Source: Candidatus Iainarchaeum sp.
GTDB lineage: Archaea > Iainarchaeota > Iainarchaeia > Iainarchaeales > JAZDEL01
Direction of reading: 5' to 3'
NCBI GenBank assembly: GCA_043808785.1
Contig: JAZDEL010000006.1
Location: 41,264 to 105,263, forward strand
Length of the DNA: 64,000 nucleotides
Part shown: positions 56,186 through 64,000 of the stretch, piece after piece
How positions within the stretch are numbered: position 1 is the first letter of the stretch
Layout: the number at the start of each line of letters is the position of its first letter
Notes under the pieces: model-generated
Seen by the model: only the letters and a program-made list of their open reading frames with translations
Database searches by the model: none
What the model was told of the DNA's origin: nothing
Program-made: the position numbers and the translations under genes

Positions 56186-57597
56186 GTTCCCGCCTCCTCG
56201 GCAATCGCCCTTGCAGCAGCCCTGCCGTCCCTGATTGCCTCAATCGCGGTGCGCGGCCCAGTAACAGCATCGCCCGCAGCATAAACCCGCGCAACGGAAG
56301 TGCGGAACTTTTCATCAACCTTTATGTTGCCCTTTTCATCAAGTTCAATCCCCGCATCATTCATCTGCTGCACAGCCGAAGCCTGCCCGCATGCAATAAC
56401 CGCCCAACTTGCGGATATTTTTTTTGTTTCCCCAGTAGGCTCAGGCTTCGAGCGCCCGCTGCTGTCAGGCTTGCCAAGGCGCATGCGCTCGAACAAAACC
56501 GCGGTTAGTTTGTTTTTTTCTTTTCCGCCGCCCAGAAATTCCCCGGGTGAGAGCAAAAATTCGAATTTCACGCCCTCCTTTTTCGCGTGCTCCAGCTCAA
56601 GAGCGCGGGAAGGCATCTCCTTTTCGGTGCGCCTGTAGGCAACAACCGCCTCCGCCCCTGCGCGGGCGGCAACCCTCGCGGCATCCATCGCGCTGTTCCC
56701 CCCGCCTATAATCAGAACTGTTTCGCCCTTTTTCAGCTTCAGCCCCCCCCATTTCTCCCCCTGCAGGAATGCCAGGGCGCCTATTACGCCCTCTGTTCCT
56801 TCTCCCTTCGCGCCGAGGCACATATCCTCCCCCGCGCCAATTCCCAAAAACACAAAGCCAAACCTGCCCAGCAGCGCCTTTACCGAGGTTATCTTCCTCC
56901 CCGCCTCGAACATGACGCCCATCTCGCGCAGGTTTTGCACTTCCCTCTCGACAACAATCCCCGCGAGCCTGAAATCGGGAATCATCTGCCCCGCAATTCC
57001 CCCGAACTTTCCCCTCTGCTCGAAAACCGTAACCCCAAAGCCGCGCAGAGCGAGCTCATAGGCGCATGCCAAACCCGCAACTCCCGAACCCACAACCGCA
57101 ACCGAACCAACCACTGCCGCGGTTTTGTTTGTTTTTTTTCCGCCAGCAGCAGCGGAACCAACCGCGGCGGCGGTTTTGTTTTTGTTTGTTTTTTTTCCGC
57201 CCGCGGATTTTGATTTTTTTATTTTTTCCGTTATTTTCTTCCGCTCATACTCGGCAAGGAACTCCTCCAATTTGCCTATCCTTATCGCCTTCCCCGCCCC
57301 TGCAAGCACGCACGCGCCCTCGCACTGCCTCTCCTGCGCGCAGATGCGCGAGGTTATGGAGGGGAAAGGGTTGACGCCCCTGACAAGCGCGAGCGCAGAG
57401 TCAAATTTGCGCTCCGCTATAAGCCGATTCACCTCCTTTATCGGCCTGTGCGCGGGGCAGCCCTGCTCGCACAGGGGAACAGCACACTGCAGGCAGCGCT
57501 TCGCCTCGGCTACCGCCTCTTCCTCGGTGTAAACCCTGCCCGAATTGCAGGTTTTATCCTTATTGCGCCCGACCATATACCAAACCTTCCCGCACAC
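56182..57597 (-). CDS. GltD/SudA-like Fe-S flavoprotein oxidoreductase (glutamate synthase small-subunit family) with an in-frame low-complexity insertion
   Basis: N-terminal Cys-rich Fe-S region, Rossmann motif VVGSGVAGLA, and an NAD(P)-binding second domain. An about 45-aa K/T/A-rich tandem insert lies before the Rossmann motif. Confidence 0.8.
   Translation of the reverse strand: MCGKVWYMVGRNKDKTCNSGRVYTEEEAVAEAKRCLQCAVPLCEQGCPAHRPIKEVNRLIAERKFDSALALVRGVNPFPSITSRICAQERQCEGACVLAGAGKAIRIGKLEEFLAEYERKKITEKIKKSKSAGGKKTNKNKTAAAVGSAAAGGKKTNKTAAVVGSVAVVGSGVAGLACAYELALRGFGVTVFEQRGKFGGIAGQMIPDFRLAGIVVEREVQNLREMGVMFEAGRKITSVKALLGRFGFVFLGIGAGEDMCLGAKGEGTEGVIGALAFLQGEKWGGLKLKKGETVLIIGGGNSAMDAARVAARAGAEAVVAYRRTEKEMPSRALELEHAKKEGVKFEFLLSPGEFLGGGKEKNKLTAVLFERMRLGKPDSSGRSKPEPTGETKKISASWAVIACGQASAVQQMNDAGIELDEKGNIKVDEKFRTSVARVYAAGDAVTGPRTAIEAIRDGRAAARAIAEEAGT
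57108..57216 (-). repeat. two tandem copies of the A/C-rich spacer repeat that adjoins CCGCGG, sitting in-frame within the GltD-like CDS
   Basis: On the plus strand: CCGCGGTTTTGTTTGTTTTTTTTCCGCC and CCGCGGCGGCGGTTTTGTTTTTGTTTGTTTTTTTTCCGCCCGCGG. Confidence 0.6.
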
Positions 57598-57637
57598 ACG
57601 TATTTAACGTTTTCTGCGCACATTATTTCGTGGTTTC

Positions 57638-58153
57638 ATGCCCGCAAAAGGTAAAAAAATCCTGTTCGTAATCGCCCCTAAAAATTTCCGTGACGAGGAG
57701 CTTTTCCACCCCAAGGAGGAACTTGAGAAAGCGGGCGCAGTATGCGCAATCGCAAGCACAAAAATAGGCGTCTGCAACGGCACGCTTGGCGGAACCGCTG
57801 ACGCAAAAACCCTTGTCGAGGAAGCCAACCCCGCGGATTTCGATGCAGTGGTTTTTGTCGGCGGCTCAGGCTCGAGCGTTTATTTCGACGACGAGGATGC
57901 GCACAAGCTTGCGAGGAAGTTTGCGGAGCAGGGCAAGGCTGTTGCGGCAATCTGCATAGCCCCGAGCACTCTCGCAAACGCGGGCCTGCTGAAGGGAAAG
58001 AAAGCGACGGCATACCCTTCCGAAAAAGACAACTTGGTTTCAAAGGGCGCAAAGTTCACCGGCAAGGGCGTCGAGGCGGACGGAAAAATAGTAACCGCGG
58101 ACGGCCCCAAGAGCGCCCGCGATTTCGGGAAGAAGATTGCGGCGTTGCTGTGA
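57638..58153 (+). CDS. DJ-1/PfpI-family protein
   Basis: AICIAPSTLANAGLL nucleophile-elbow region. 171 aa. Confidence 0.85.
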   Translation: MPAKGKKILFVIAPKNFRDEELFHPKEELEKAGAVCAIASTKIGVCNGTLGGTADAKTLVEEANPADFDAVVFVGGSGSSVYFDDEDAHKLARKFAEQGKAVAAICIAPSTLANAGLLKGKKATAYPSEKDNLVSKGAKFTGKGVEADGKIVTADGPKSARDFGKKIAALL

Positions 58154-58259
58154 GTGCCGCGTGAGCGGGGGAAGCGGCTGCGGAACTGCCGCGAGCATGC
58201 GTGCGCACGCCCCAGGCACTCCGATAGCGGAAACAATTTAACCCCTTTCCCCCAACAGT

Positions 58260-59621
58260 ATGCTTATGGGCTTCCTTGATTCCCTCCTTGATTTCCTGAA
58301 CTCGATTTTCGGCAGGCGCCCGCAGCGCGGCGCAGCTGCAAGGCAGATTGTCCAGCGCGCGAAGCCCGTTACTCTGGAAGAGGCGCGGCAGCTCGCGGAG
58401 GAAAAATCCAAAACAAGCTTCGACGAATTGGAACGCGTAGCCTTTGCGCGCTTTGCGGAGATAAAGCACCTCCTCACGGAAATAAAAAACGAGCTCAATA
58501 ATTTCGAGTCCCGCAACCTCGAGGAGGAGGAAGGGAACCAGCGCCTTCGCAAAATTGTGGAAACAAGCAAGCGCAACCTCACAAGGCAGATGCACACACT
58601 CGCGGAAAAACTATCCCCTCCAGAATCGCACGAGTATGCAGTGCTCCGCCAGTACTGCCTCAACTCAAGCGCAATCCTTTCCGAGGAAGTGAACACCTTC
58701 GGCAGGAACGTGATGTACACAGGCATCCTTATGAAAAAAGAGGTGAAAAACCTCGGCGGATATATAAATGAACTTAACACAATCTTCCTCGGCCTTAAAA
58801 CAATGTTCGAGTCCGGCGGCACGGGAAAGGCGCTCTCGGCAAAAAGCAGCCTTAAGCAATTGCAGCGCGCACTCGACGAAAGGGAACTGATCCTCAAGGA
58901 CGCGAGAGCGGTTAAAGGGCACCTTGCAGCGCTCACGGAAGAAAGGCGTGCAAAGGAAGCCGCATTAAGCGCAACGCGTGATTCTGCTGACGCAAAGGAA
59001 CTCGGCGTGCTGGAGGCAAAAAAGGCAAGCCAATTGAGGGAAAAACAGGAACTCAAAAACAAGTTCATAAATCTCCTTGCGCCCATAGACAGGCCGCTGA
59101 ACAGGTTCATGAAGCTTGCTGAAAGCGGCGCATACCCGCTCAGCGACGCCGAGCGCGCCCTCCTTAACGCATACATGACAAACCCTTTCCACGCGGCAAA
59201 GCAGGACCCCAAGGCGCAGATGCTGAAGAAAATGCTCAAGGAAGTCGAAAACCTCGTGCATGAGGAGAAGATAAAGCTCAAGGAAAAGGAAGCCGCAAAA
59301 ATGCTGCGCTCAATAGCCGAACTGCAGGACTATGATTTCTTCGGAGAACTTTTCTGGAGGCTCAACTCAATAGATGTCGAACTCATTGCAACGGAAAAAA
59401 GCATAGCCACCTCAAAGGCGGGTTCCGCAATAATGGCGCTCGAGCGCGAGATAAGGAACCTGGACAGGGCATACTCCGAGCAGGGTGCACTCCTTAAGGC
59501 GGAGGAGCAGAAACTCCTTTCAAAGGACGATGAAATCGCCGGCTTCAGGGAAAGCGCGGAAACCATGCTGCAGGGCCTTGCGGGAACGCCAGTTGCGATA
59601 AAAGTCCCTGCCGATAGCTAA
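58260..59621 (+). CDS. long coiled-coil protein, hypothetical
   Basis: 453 aa, heptad-rich, no enzymatic motifs. Confidence 0.5.
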   Translation: MLMGFLDSLLDFLNSIFGRRPQRGAAARQIVQRAKPVTLEEARQLAEEKSKTSFDELERVAFARFAEIKHLLTEIKNELNNFESRNLEEEEGNQRLRKIVETSKRNLTRQMHTLAEKLSPPESHEYAVLRQYCLNSSAILSEEVNTFGRNVMYTGILMKKEVKNLGGYINELNTIFLGLKTMFESGGTGKALSAKSSLKQLQRALDERELILKDARAVKGHLAALTEERRAKEAALSATRDSADAKELGVLEAKKASQLREKQELKNKFINLLAPIDRPLNRFMKLAESGAYPLSDAERALLNAYMTNPFHAAKQDPKAQMLKKMLKEVENLVHEEKIKLKEKEAAKMLRSIAELQDYDFFGELFWRLNSIDVELIATEKSIATSKAGSAIMALEREIRNLDRAYSEQGALLKAEEQKLLSKDDEIAGFRESAETMLQGLAGTPVAIKVPADS

Positions 59622-59655
59622 AGCCCGCGGAAATTTAAAACTAAATCAGGCGCGC

Positions 59656-60429
59656 CTACTCTATCTTCACAACCTTGTCGCAGAACTGGCTTATTGTCTG
59701 CAGTATCCCCGAATACTCGTCCGAGCGCACGAAGATAAGCACGCCCTTGACCCTGTTCTGGTTTGCTTTCCCTATAAGCGAATGCGTGAACTTCTTCACA
59801 CCCTCCGCGGAATTATACACAAGCAGCGTTGATACGGAATCCAGAATAAGGAATTTCTTGTTCTGCTGTATTGCGCCCATTTTCTTCTCAATTGCAAGCA
59901 TAAGGTCCGTAAGTTCCGCAGCGGAATTTATGTATGTGACATTCCGCTCCCTTAGCATGACCCCTTCGGACATCCTTGTGACTACATCTATGAAATCTAT
60001 GCCCTCCCACTTGATGCCGCGCTTCTCAAGCTCCTCTTTCGTTTTTTCGTAGCTCTTGTTCACGCAGACATATACGCCAGGCATTTTCTCCGCATTGACG
60101 AAACGCCTGAGCAGGCCTATCCTCATTTCCCCGTATTCCTCCGGCTCGACAATGGCAAGCACGCAGTAGTTCCCCTTGAGGTCGCCGAGCCCCCTCTCGA
60201 TCTTGACATCCATTTTCGAATCAGGGCTGAGCAGGCGCCTTACCTGCTCGTCCTCTATGTCATCCATATTTTCGAGGTCCAGCAGTTCGGCCGCGGCCGC
60301 CCGTTTTAATTTCGCGGCATCGCCAAAAACTTTTGGCGCCCCTTCTTCGGCCTTCTTGCCCGCCGCCTGCCCGGCATTTTTTCCCGAACCCTTTGCCGCG
60401 GCCTTTTCACTAACCTTTGCCGCAGGCAT
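59656..60429 (-). CDS. degenerate KaiC-like domain protein (no Walker A) with A/K-rich N-terminal tail
   Basis: FLILDSVSTLLVYN...VLIFV matches the KaiC Walker B and downstream region, but there is no P-loop. Its start overlaps the stop of the upstream KaiC-like ATPase by 1 nt (TGATG). Confidence 0.55.
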   Translation of the reverse strand: MPAAKVSEKAAAKGSGKNAGQAAGKKAEEGAPKVFGDAAKLKRAAAAELLDLENMDDIEDEQVRRLLSPDSKMDVKIERGLGDLKGNYCVLAIVEPEEYGEMRIGLLRRFVNAEKMPGVYVCVNKSYEKTKEELEKRGIKWEGIDFIDVVTRMSEGVMLRERNVTYINSAAELTDLMLAIEKKMGAIQQNKKFLILDSVSTLLVYNSAEGVKKFTHSLIGKANQNRVKGVLIFVRSDEYSGILQTISQFCDKVVKIE

Positions 60430-61283
60430 CAGCCCACTTCCTCGAACAGTTCGGCCTTTGTGAGAACCTTTACCCCGTTGTCGGTTATTTGTATTGGTTT
60501 CAGCTGTTCCGATATTTCAGTGTTCCGCATCTTCAGTATGCCTATGCTCCTCACAAACCTGTTCCTTAGCTTGGTGTGGTATAAAAGCAGCACCCCGTCG
60601 GCAACATATTCCTCGAGCCCGTAAAGGCTCTGCGTTTTATCCAGTGAAATCTCGCTTGTTATTATGGTTGTGCAGCCTATCCTCTTGAACATTTTCCCGA
60701 GGGAAACAATCCTCTTCCTTGCCTCGAGTTCCCTGTCGAAAAACAGCTTGAAAATTACGCCAGGGTCTATTACGACCCTTACGGCATTTATGCTCGCCAC
60801 CGTGTCCTCGACAGCGTTCTTCAGCCTTTCAAAATCGTAAAGTTCTATGGTTATTATCTTCAGCTTCTCCTGGTCGATAAGTTCCTTAATGTCCATGCCG
60901 AACTCGAGCGCGCCGCTCACAATCGCGTCTTCGGTTTCCTCAAGGCTGACATAAACGCCGCTTTCGCCGTATTTCTTCGCACCCTCGTAAAGGAACTGCA
61001 GGCAGAAAACGGTTTTCCCCGAACCGGGGTCGCCACTCAGCACGACAAGGTTCCCCCGCGGTATGCCCCCTCCTATCATTTCATCAAGCCCGGGTATGCC
61101 GGAAAACGTCCTCTCCACAACGCACTTTCCGTCCTTCATACTTATGTTTAGCCTCCTCCCCCCTGGCTTTTCTGCAGCCGGCTTCGGCGCCCTTTCCGCG
61201 GTTTTCTCCTTCATGCTTGCAATATTATGGCTGATGGGGTTTATATAGTTAATTCCGCGGTTTTTTCCGCAGCCCGCGCCCAA
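60429..61283 (-). CDS. KaiC-like ATPase
   Basis: GIPRGNLVVLSGDPGSGKT Walker A, Walker B region VVIDP. Confidence 0.75.
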   Translation of the reverse strand: MGAGCGKNRGINYINPISHNIASMKEKTAERAPKPAAEKPGGRRLNISMKDGKCVVERTFSGIPGLDEMIGGGIPRGNLVVLSGDPGSGKTVFCLQFLYEGAKKYGESGVYVSLEETEDAIVSGALEFGMDIKELIDQEKLKIITIELYDFERLKNAVEDTVASINAVRVVIDPGVIFKLFFDRELEARKRIVSLGKMFKRIGCTTIITSEISLDKTQSLYGLEEYVADGVLLLYHTKLRNRFVRSIGILKMRNTEISEQLKPIQITDNGVKVLTKAELFEEVG

Positions 61284-61344
61284 AATTGCAAACGTTTTTA
61301 TATTTGCGGTGCGTTATCTTGTTCAGCGGCTTTAAGGTGCCCCC

Positions 61345-62298
61345 ATGCTGACACTTTTAATAATCCCGAACAAGGAATACCAGGAGGACGTGATGCGCCT
61401 CGCAAAGCAGCTGGGCGCGCGCTATGAAAAAATATGCTATGTCAGCCTCAACGAGCTCTACGGCTCCCTGAAAAAAACTTTTGTCAGGAACGGCATACCC
61501 GTGCAGAAATTTTTTGTGGTTGACGCAATAACCCGCAGGACAGACGCATGCAGGAAGCCCGAAGGCGGCTGCGTTTTCGTCAGTTCGCCCAACTCCCTCA
61601 TCGAGCTCAGCCTTGCCATAACCGGCGCAATGCGCGCCCAGGGCTCGCAGCTGATGCTTTTCGATTCCGTCTCAACACTGCTCATTTATGAATCCGTGGA
61701 CATAGTGACAAAATTCATGCATTCGCTTGTCGGCAAGGTAAAGGAAGCGGGGGCCGACAGCATTTTCATCGCCCTGCAGAGCGACATAAACAGCGAAACA
61801 GTAAAGGACCTCGAGATGTTCGTCAATGAAACCATCACGATGGACGAGTACAATGTCAGGAACGAGATGAAGGAGAAAGCCACGCAGCGTACCCGGATTT
61901 CGCAGGTGCCGAAGCCAAATCCCGCAAAGCGGCCAAAACTCGCCCTTAACCCTGGAATGATCGAGGTCGGGGGCAAGCCTGTGGAAGTTCCCGCAAAGCC
62001 GACACTGCCCAGGCCCGCGCCGGTGCCAAAGCCCGCCGTTCCACAAATGCATACGCCCGCGGAAAAGCCGAAACCGGCCCAAGTGCCAAAGCCTGTGCAG
62101 TTCCCGGCGCAGCGGCGGCCAACCGAACCAGCGGCAGCCGTAGCGCAAGCGCCAAAGCCCGCGCAGCCGCCAAAGAAGCCGCGCGCAAAAAACGGCGTTC
62201 CGCAAGCAGTGCGGTCGGAAGAAGAAACGCGGAGTGAAGAAGAGCCGCATGGCGAAGGCGAACCGCGGGGTGAAGAAGAAAATAAGCAGTACGGCTAA
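61345..62298 (+). CDS. degenerate KaiC-like domain protein (no Walker A) with Pro/Lys-rich C-terminal tail
   Basis: LMLFDSVSTLLIYE...IFIAL is a paralog of 59656..60429. C-terminal PKPAxVPKP repeats. Confidence 0.55.
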   Translation: MLTLLIIPNKEYQEDVMRLAKQLGARYEKICYVSLNELYGSLKKTFVRNGIPVQKFFVVDAITRRTDACRKPEGGCVFVSSPNSLIELSLAITGAMRAQGSQLMLFDSVSTLLIYESVDIVTKFMHSLVGKVKEAGADSIFIALQSDINSETVKDLEMFVNETITMDEYNVRNEMKEKATQRTRISQVPKPNPAKRPKLALNPGMIEVGGKPVEVPAKPTLPRPAPVPKPAVPQMHTPAEKPKPAQVPKPVQFPAQRRPTEPAAAVAQAPKPAQPPKKPRAKNGVPQAVRSEEETRSEEEPHGEGEPRGEEENKQYG

Positions 62299-62335
62299 AA
62301 AGAAAATCGAACCTTTGGCGCAATCACGTGCCCCT

Positions 62336-63466
62336 TTACCTGAACAGTTCCTGGTCTATGTAAACCTCTATCCCCCGCCCCGTGATTTTGTAGGGCACAA
62401 TTTTCTTGTCGTGGTTCGATGACCTCAATTTGAGTATCTCGAGCCCGCGCTCCCTCATGTTGTGTATGCGTATGTTGTAAAGCACAATGACCCCGTCGGC
62501 AAGGAACTCCTCAATGCCGCTCCTGCTGTATACGCCCGGTTCCTGTTCCGTCTCCCCCAGCACTATGTTCACAGAATTGTATTTCTCAAGCGTTTCGAAC
62601 AGGTGCCTCAAATACTGCCTGTAAGCCTGCTCATTCTCCATGAACGCAATGCTCAGCGCAGAAAGCGAGTCGACAACAACCCTGTCAGGCCTGAAAGGCA
62701 GGTTCAGCTTGAATGGCAGTTCGATATCGTCGACATCTATATACAATCCGCCGCGCTCCTTTGTAAGCATCGCCTCCACAGCCCGTGCAATTGTAAGCGG
62801 GTCCTGCTTTAGTATTAGCAGTTTGCCCTCGTCCTCCATCCTGTACAAATCCCAGCCGAAGTTCTGCAGCAGGTTCTCCTTCATTTTTTCCGCGCTCTCC
62901 TCAAGGGTTATGTAAACGCAGTGCTCGCCGTGCAGCGCCGCATTGTAAAGCGACTGCATAGCAAATGTTGTCTTCCCCGTGCCGCACCCCCCGGAAAGCA
63001 GTATTGTGTCCCCGCGCTTAAGCCCGCCCCTCTCCACAAGCTTGTCGAAATCGCTCACCCTCAGCGGCATTATCTCCCTGAACTGCGCCTTTCCCCTACC
63101 GCTTGGAAGTTCCGTGTAAGCAATGCCCTTAACCGCACCGCCAGCAGTGTTCCCCGCCGCAGCCACGTATTCGTAGGTTTGCCCTTCCGCCCCCTCCCCA
63201 CGCCACTGCCCGCCATCCTCGCCACCGACTATTTTTTCCCTTATTTTCCCGAGCTCGCCCTTCGGCTTCATGAATCCCGCAAAAAGCCCGCCAAGAACCC
63301 CCTTTCCCCTCCCCTTTTCCGCAACAGCCTTTGCCCCCTTTATTATCTGCCCGGCCTCCTCATCGGACAGCCCGGCTTCCACAAGGCTTGCCTCAATCTC
63401 GGCATCATGTACGCCCTCCTTCAGCATCCTGCCCGCGGCAGAGCGCAGTATCTCGTTTTTTCCCAT
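62336..63466 (-). CDS. KaiC-like ATPase with about 150-aa Gly/Ala/Glu/Lys-rich N-terminal extension
   Basis: GDTILLSGGCGTGKT Walker A. Confidence 0.75.
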   Translation of the reverse strand: MGKNEILRSAAGRMLKEGVHDAEIEASLVEAGLSDEEAGQIIKGAKAVAEKGRGKGVLGGLFAGFMKPKGELGKIREKIVGGEDGGQWRGEGAEGQTYEYVAAAGNTAGGAVKGIAYTELPSGRGKAQFREIMPLRVSDFDKLVERGGLKRGDTILLSGGCGTGKTTFAMQSLYNAALHGEHCVYITLEESAEKMKENLLQNFGWDLYRMEDEGKLLILKQDPLTIARAVEAMLTKERGGLYIDVDDIELPFKLNLPFRPDRVVVDSLSALSIAFMENEQAYRQYLRHLFETLEKYNSVNIVLGETEQEPGVYSRSGIEEFLADGVIVLYNIRIHNMRERGLEILKLRSSNHDKKIVPYKITGRGIEVYIDQELFR

Positions 63467-63602
63467 AGCACATGATAACTGCTCTATTTGTATAAAAACG
63501 TTTGTTCAGGCTCCCGCAGGCTGCGCGCGCAGAACCGAAGGCAGCCGGCAAAACCCGCGCACATTTTCCGCCTTTGCGCCCGCGCCAGGAATGCCGAGGC
63601 GG

Positions 63603-63998
63603 TTATTTCCCCCCTTTCTTCCCCCGCGTGCCCAGTTCCTCAATCCTCTCCTCGATCCTCGTTATCCTCGCCTTGTATTCCGCAAGCATTTTCTTGTACG
63701 CCTTTGCAGGCATTATGCCCTTCCTGAAATATTCGTCCTGCAGCGATTTCATGAGTTCCGAGTTTTTCGCCCATTCCGCCTCGAGCGACTCGAGCTCGCC
63801 GCCCCTTTTTGCCCTGCCGTAAATCCGTGCGGCAATAAATGCGAGCGCCGCAACCAATGCAATTATGTACGCCGCATATGTTGAAACAAACCACTCCGCC
63901 CAGCCTGTTGCAACAGCGTTCACAATCGCCGAACCGGAATTTCCCGCACTGTCCGCAGCGCGTATCTCGATGCCCATTGCGCCCTCATCCCCGCCCAC
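63603..63998 (-). CDS. small membrane/coiled-coil protein (may extend beyond the window)
   Basis: TM helix YIIALVAALAFIAARIY plus charged coiled-coil C-terminus. Confidence 0.4.
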   Translation of the reverse strand: MGGDEGAMGIEIRAADSAGNSGSAIVNAVATGWAEWFVSTYAAYIIALVAALAFIAARIYGRAKRGGELESLEAEWAKNSELMKSLQDEYFRKGIMPAKAYKKMLAEYKARITRIEERIEELGTRGKKGGK

Positions 63999-64000
63999 GG

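Overview
This is a GC-rich (about 58-60%) archaeal chromosomal segment. The archaeal assignment rests on TFE (TFIIE-alpha), class I LysRS, aTrm56, the DTD2-type deacylase, an initiator tRNA with an A1:U72 pair, TTTAAA-type TATA boxes and the alternative mevalonate pathway.

Gene content, in order:
- a RelA/SpoT homolog;
- an ABC-transporter plus surface-protein operon;
- a KaiC-like ATPase, a GGPP synthase and a large surface protein;
- lysK followed by a tRNA island (three intron-rich tRNAs, a LAGLIDADG endonuclease, a MazEF-like pair, a histidine kinase, serS, aTrm56, TFE);
- an initiator tRNA-Met followed by a possible integrated element (short repeats, AT-rich iterons, hypothetical ORFs, a PRC-barrel gene, a tyrosine recombinase);
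- housekeeping genes (HAD hydrolase, nadE, transketolase, aminotransferase, two NAD-dependent epimerases);
- a second LAGLIDADG gene in an AT-rich patch;
- DTD2;
- a roughly 18 kb co-directional minus-strand gene string that encodes the complete archaeal alternative mevalonate pathway (class II HMGR, HMGCS, thiolase, DUF35, MVK, UbiX, UbiD-type decarboxylase, phosphomevalonate dehydratase large and small subunits, IPK, type 1 IDI), interrupted by a third LAGLIDADG gene and a response regulator, plus pflA/pflB, NAD kinase and a GltD-like oxidoreductase;
- a terminal cluster of four KaiC-family genes (two with a P-loop, two degenerate) with coiled-coil and membrane partners.

Most notable observations:
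- the three minus-strand tRNAs appear to carry non-canonical or multiple introns;
- there are three free-standing LAGLIDADG genes, one translationally coupled inside the thiolase-DUF35 operon;
- two short repeat families recur (CTTCTACATAAC, and an A/C-rich spacer adjoining CCGCGG), and the second has apparently expanded in-frame inside the GltD-like gene;
- the KaiC-like module may be a signalling hub.

All calls come from reading the sequence and motif recall only; no searches were run.
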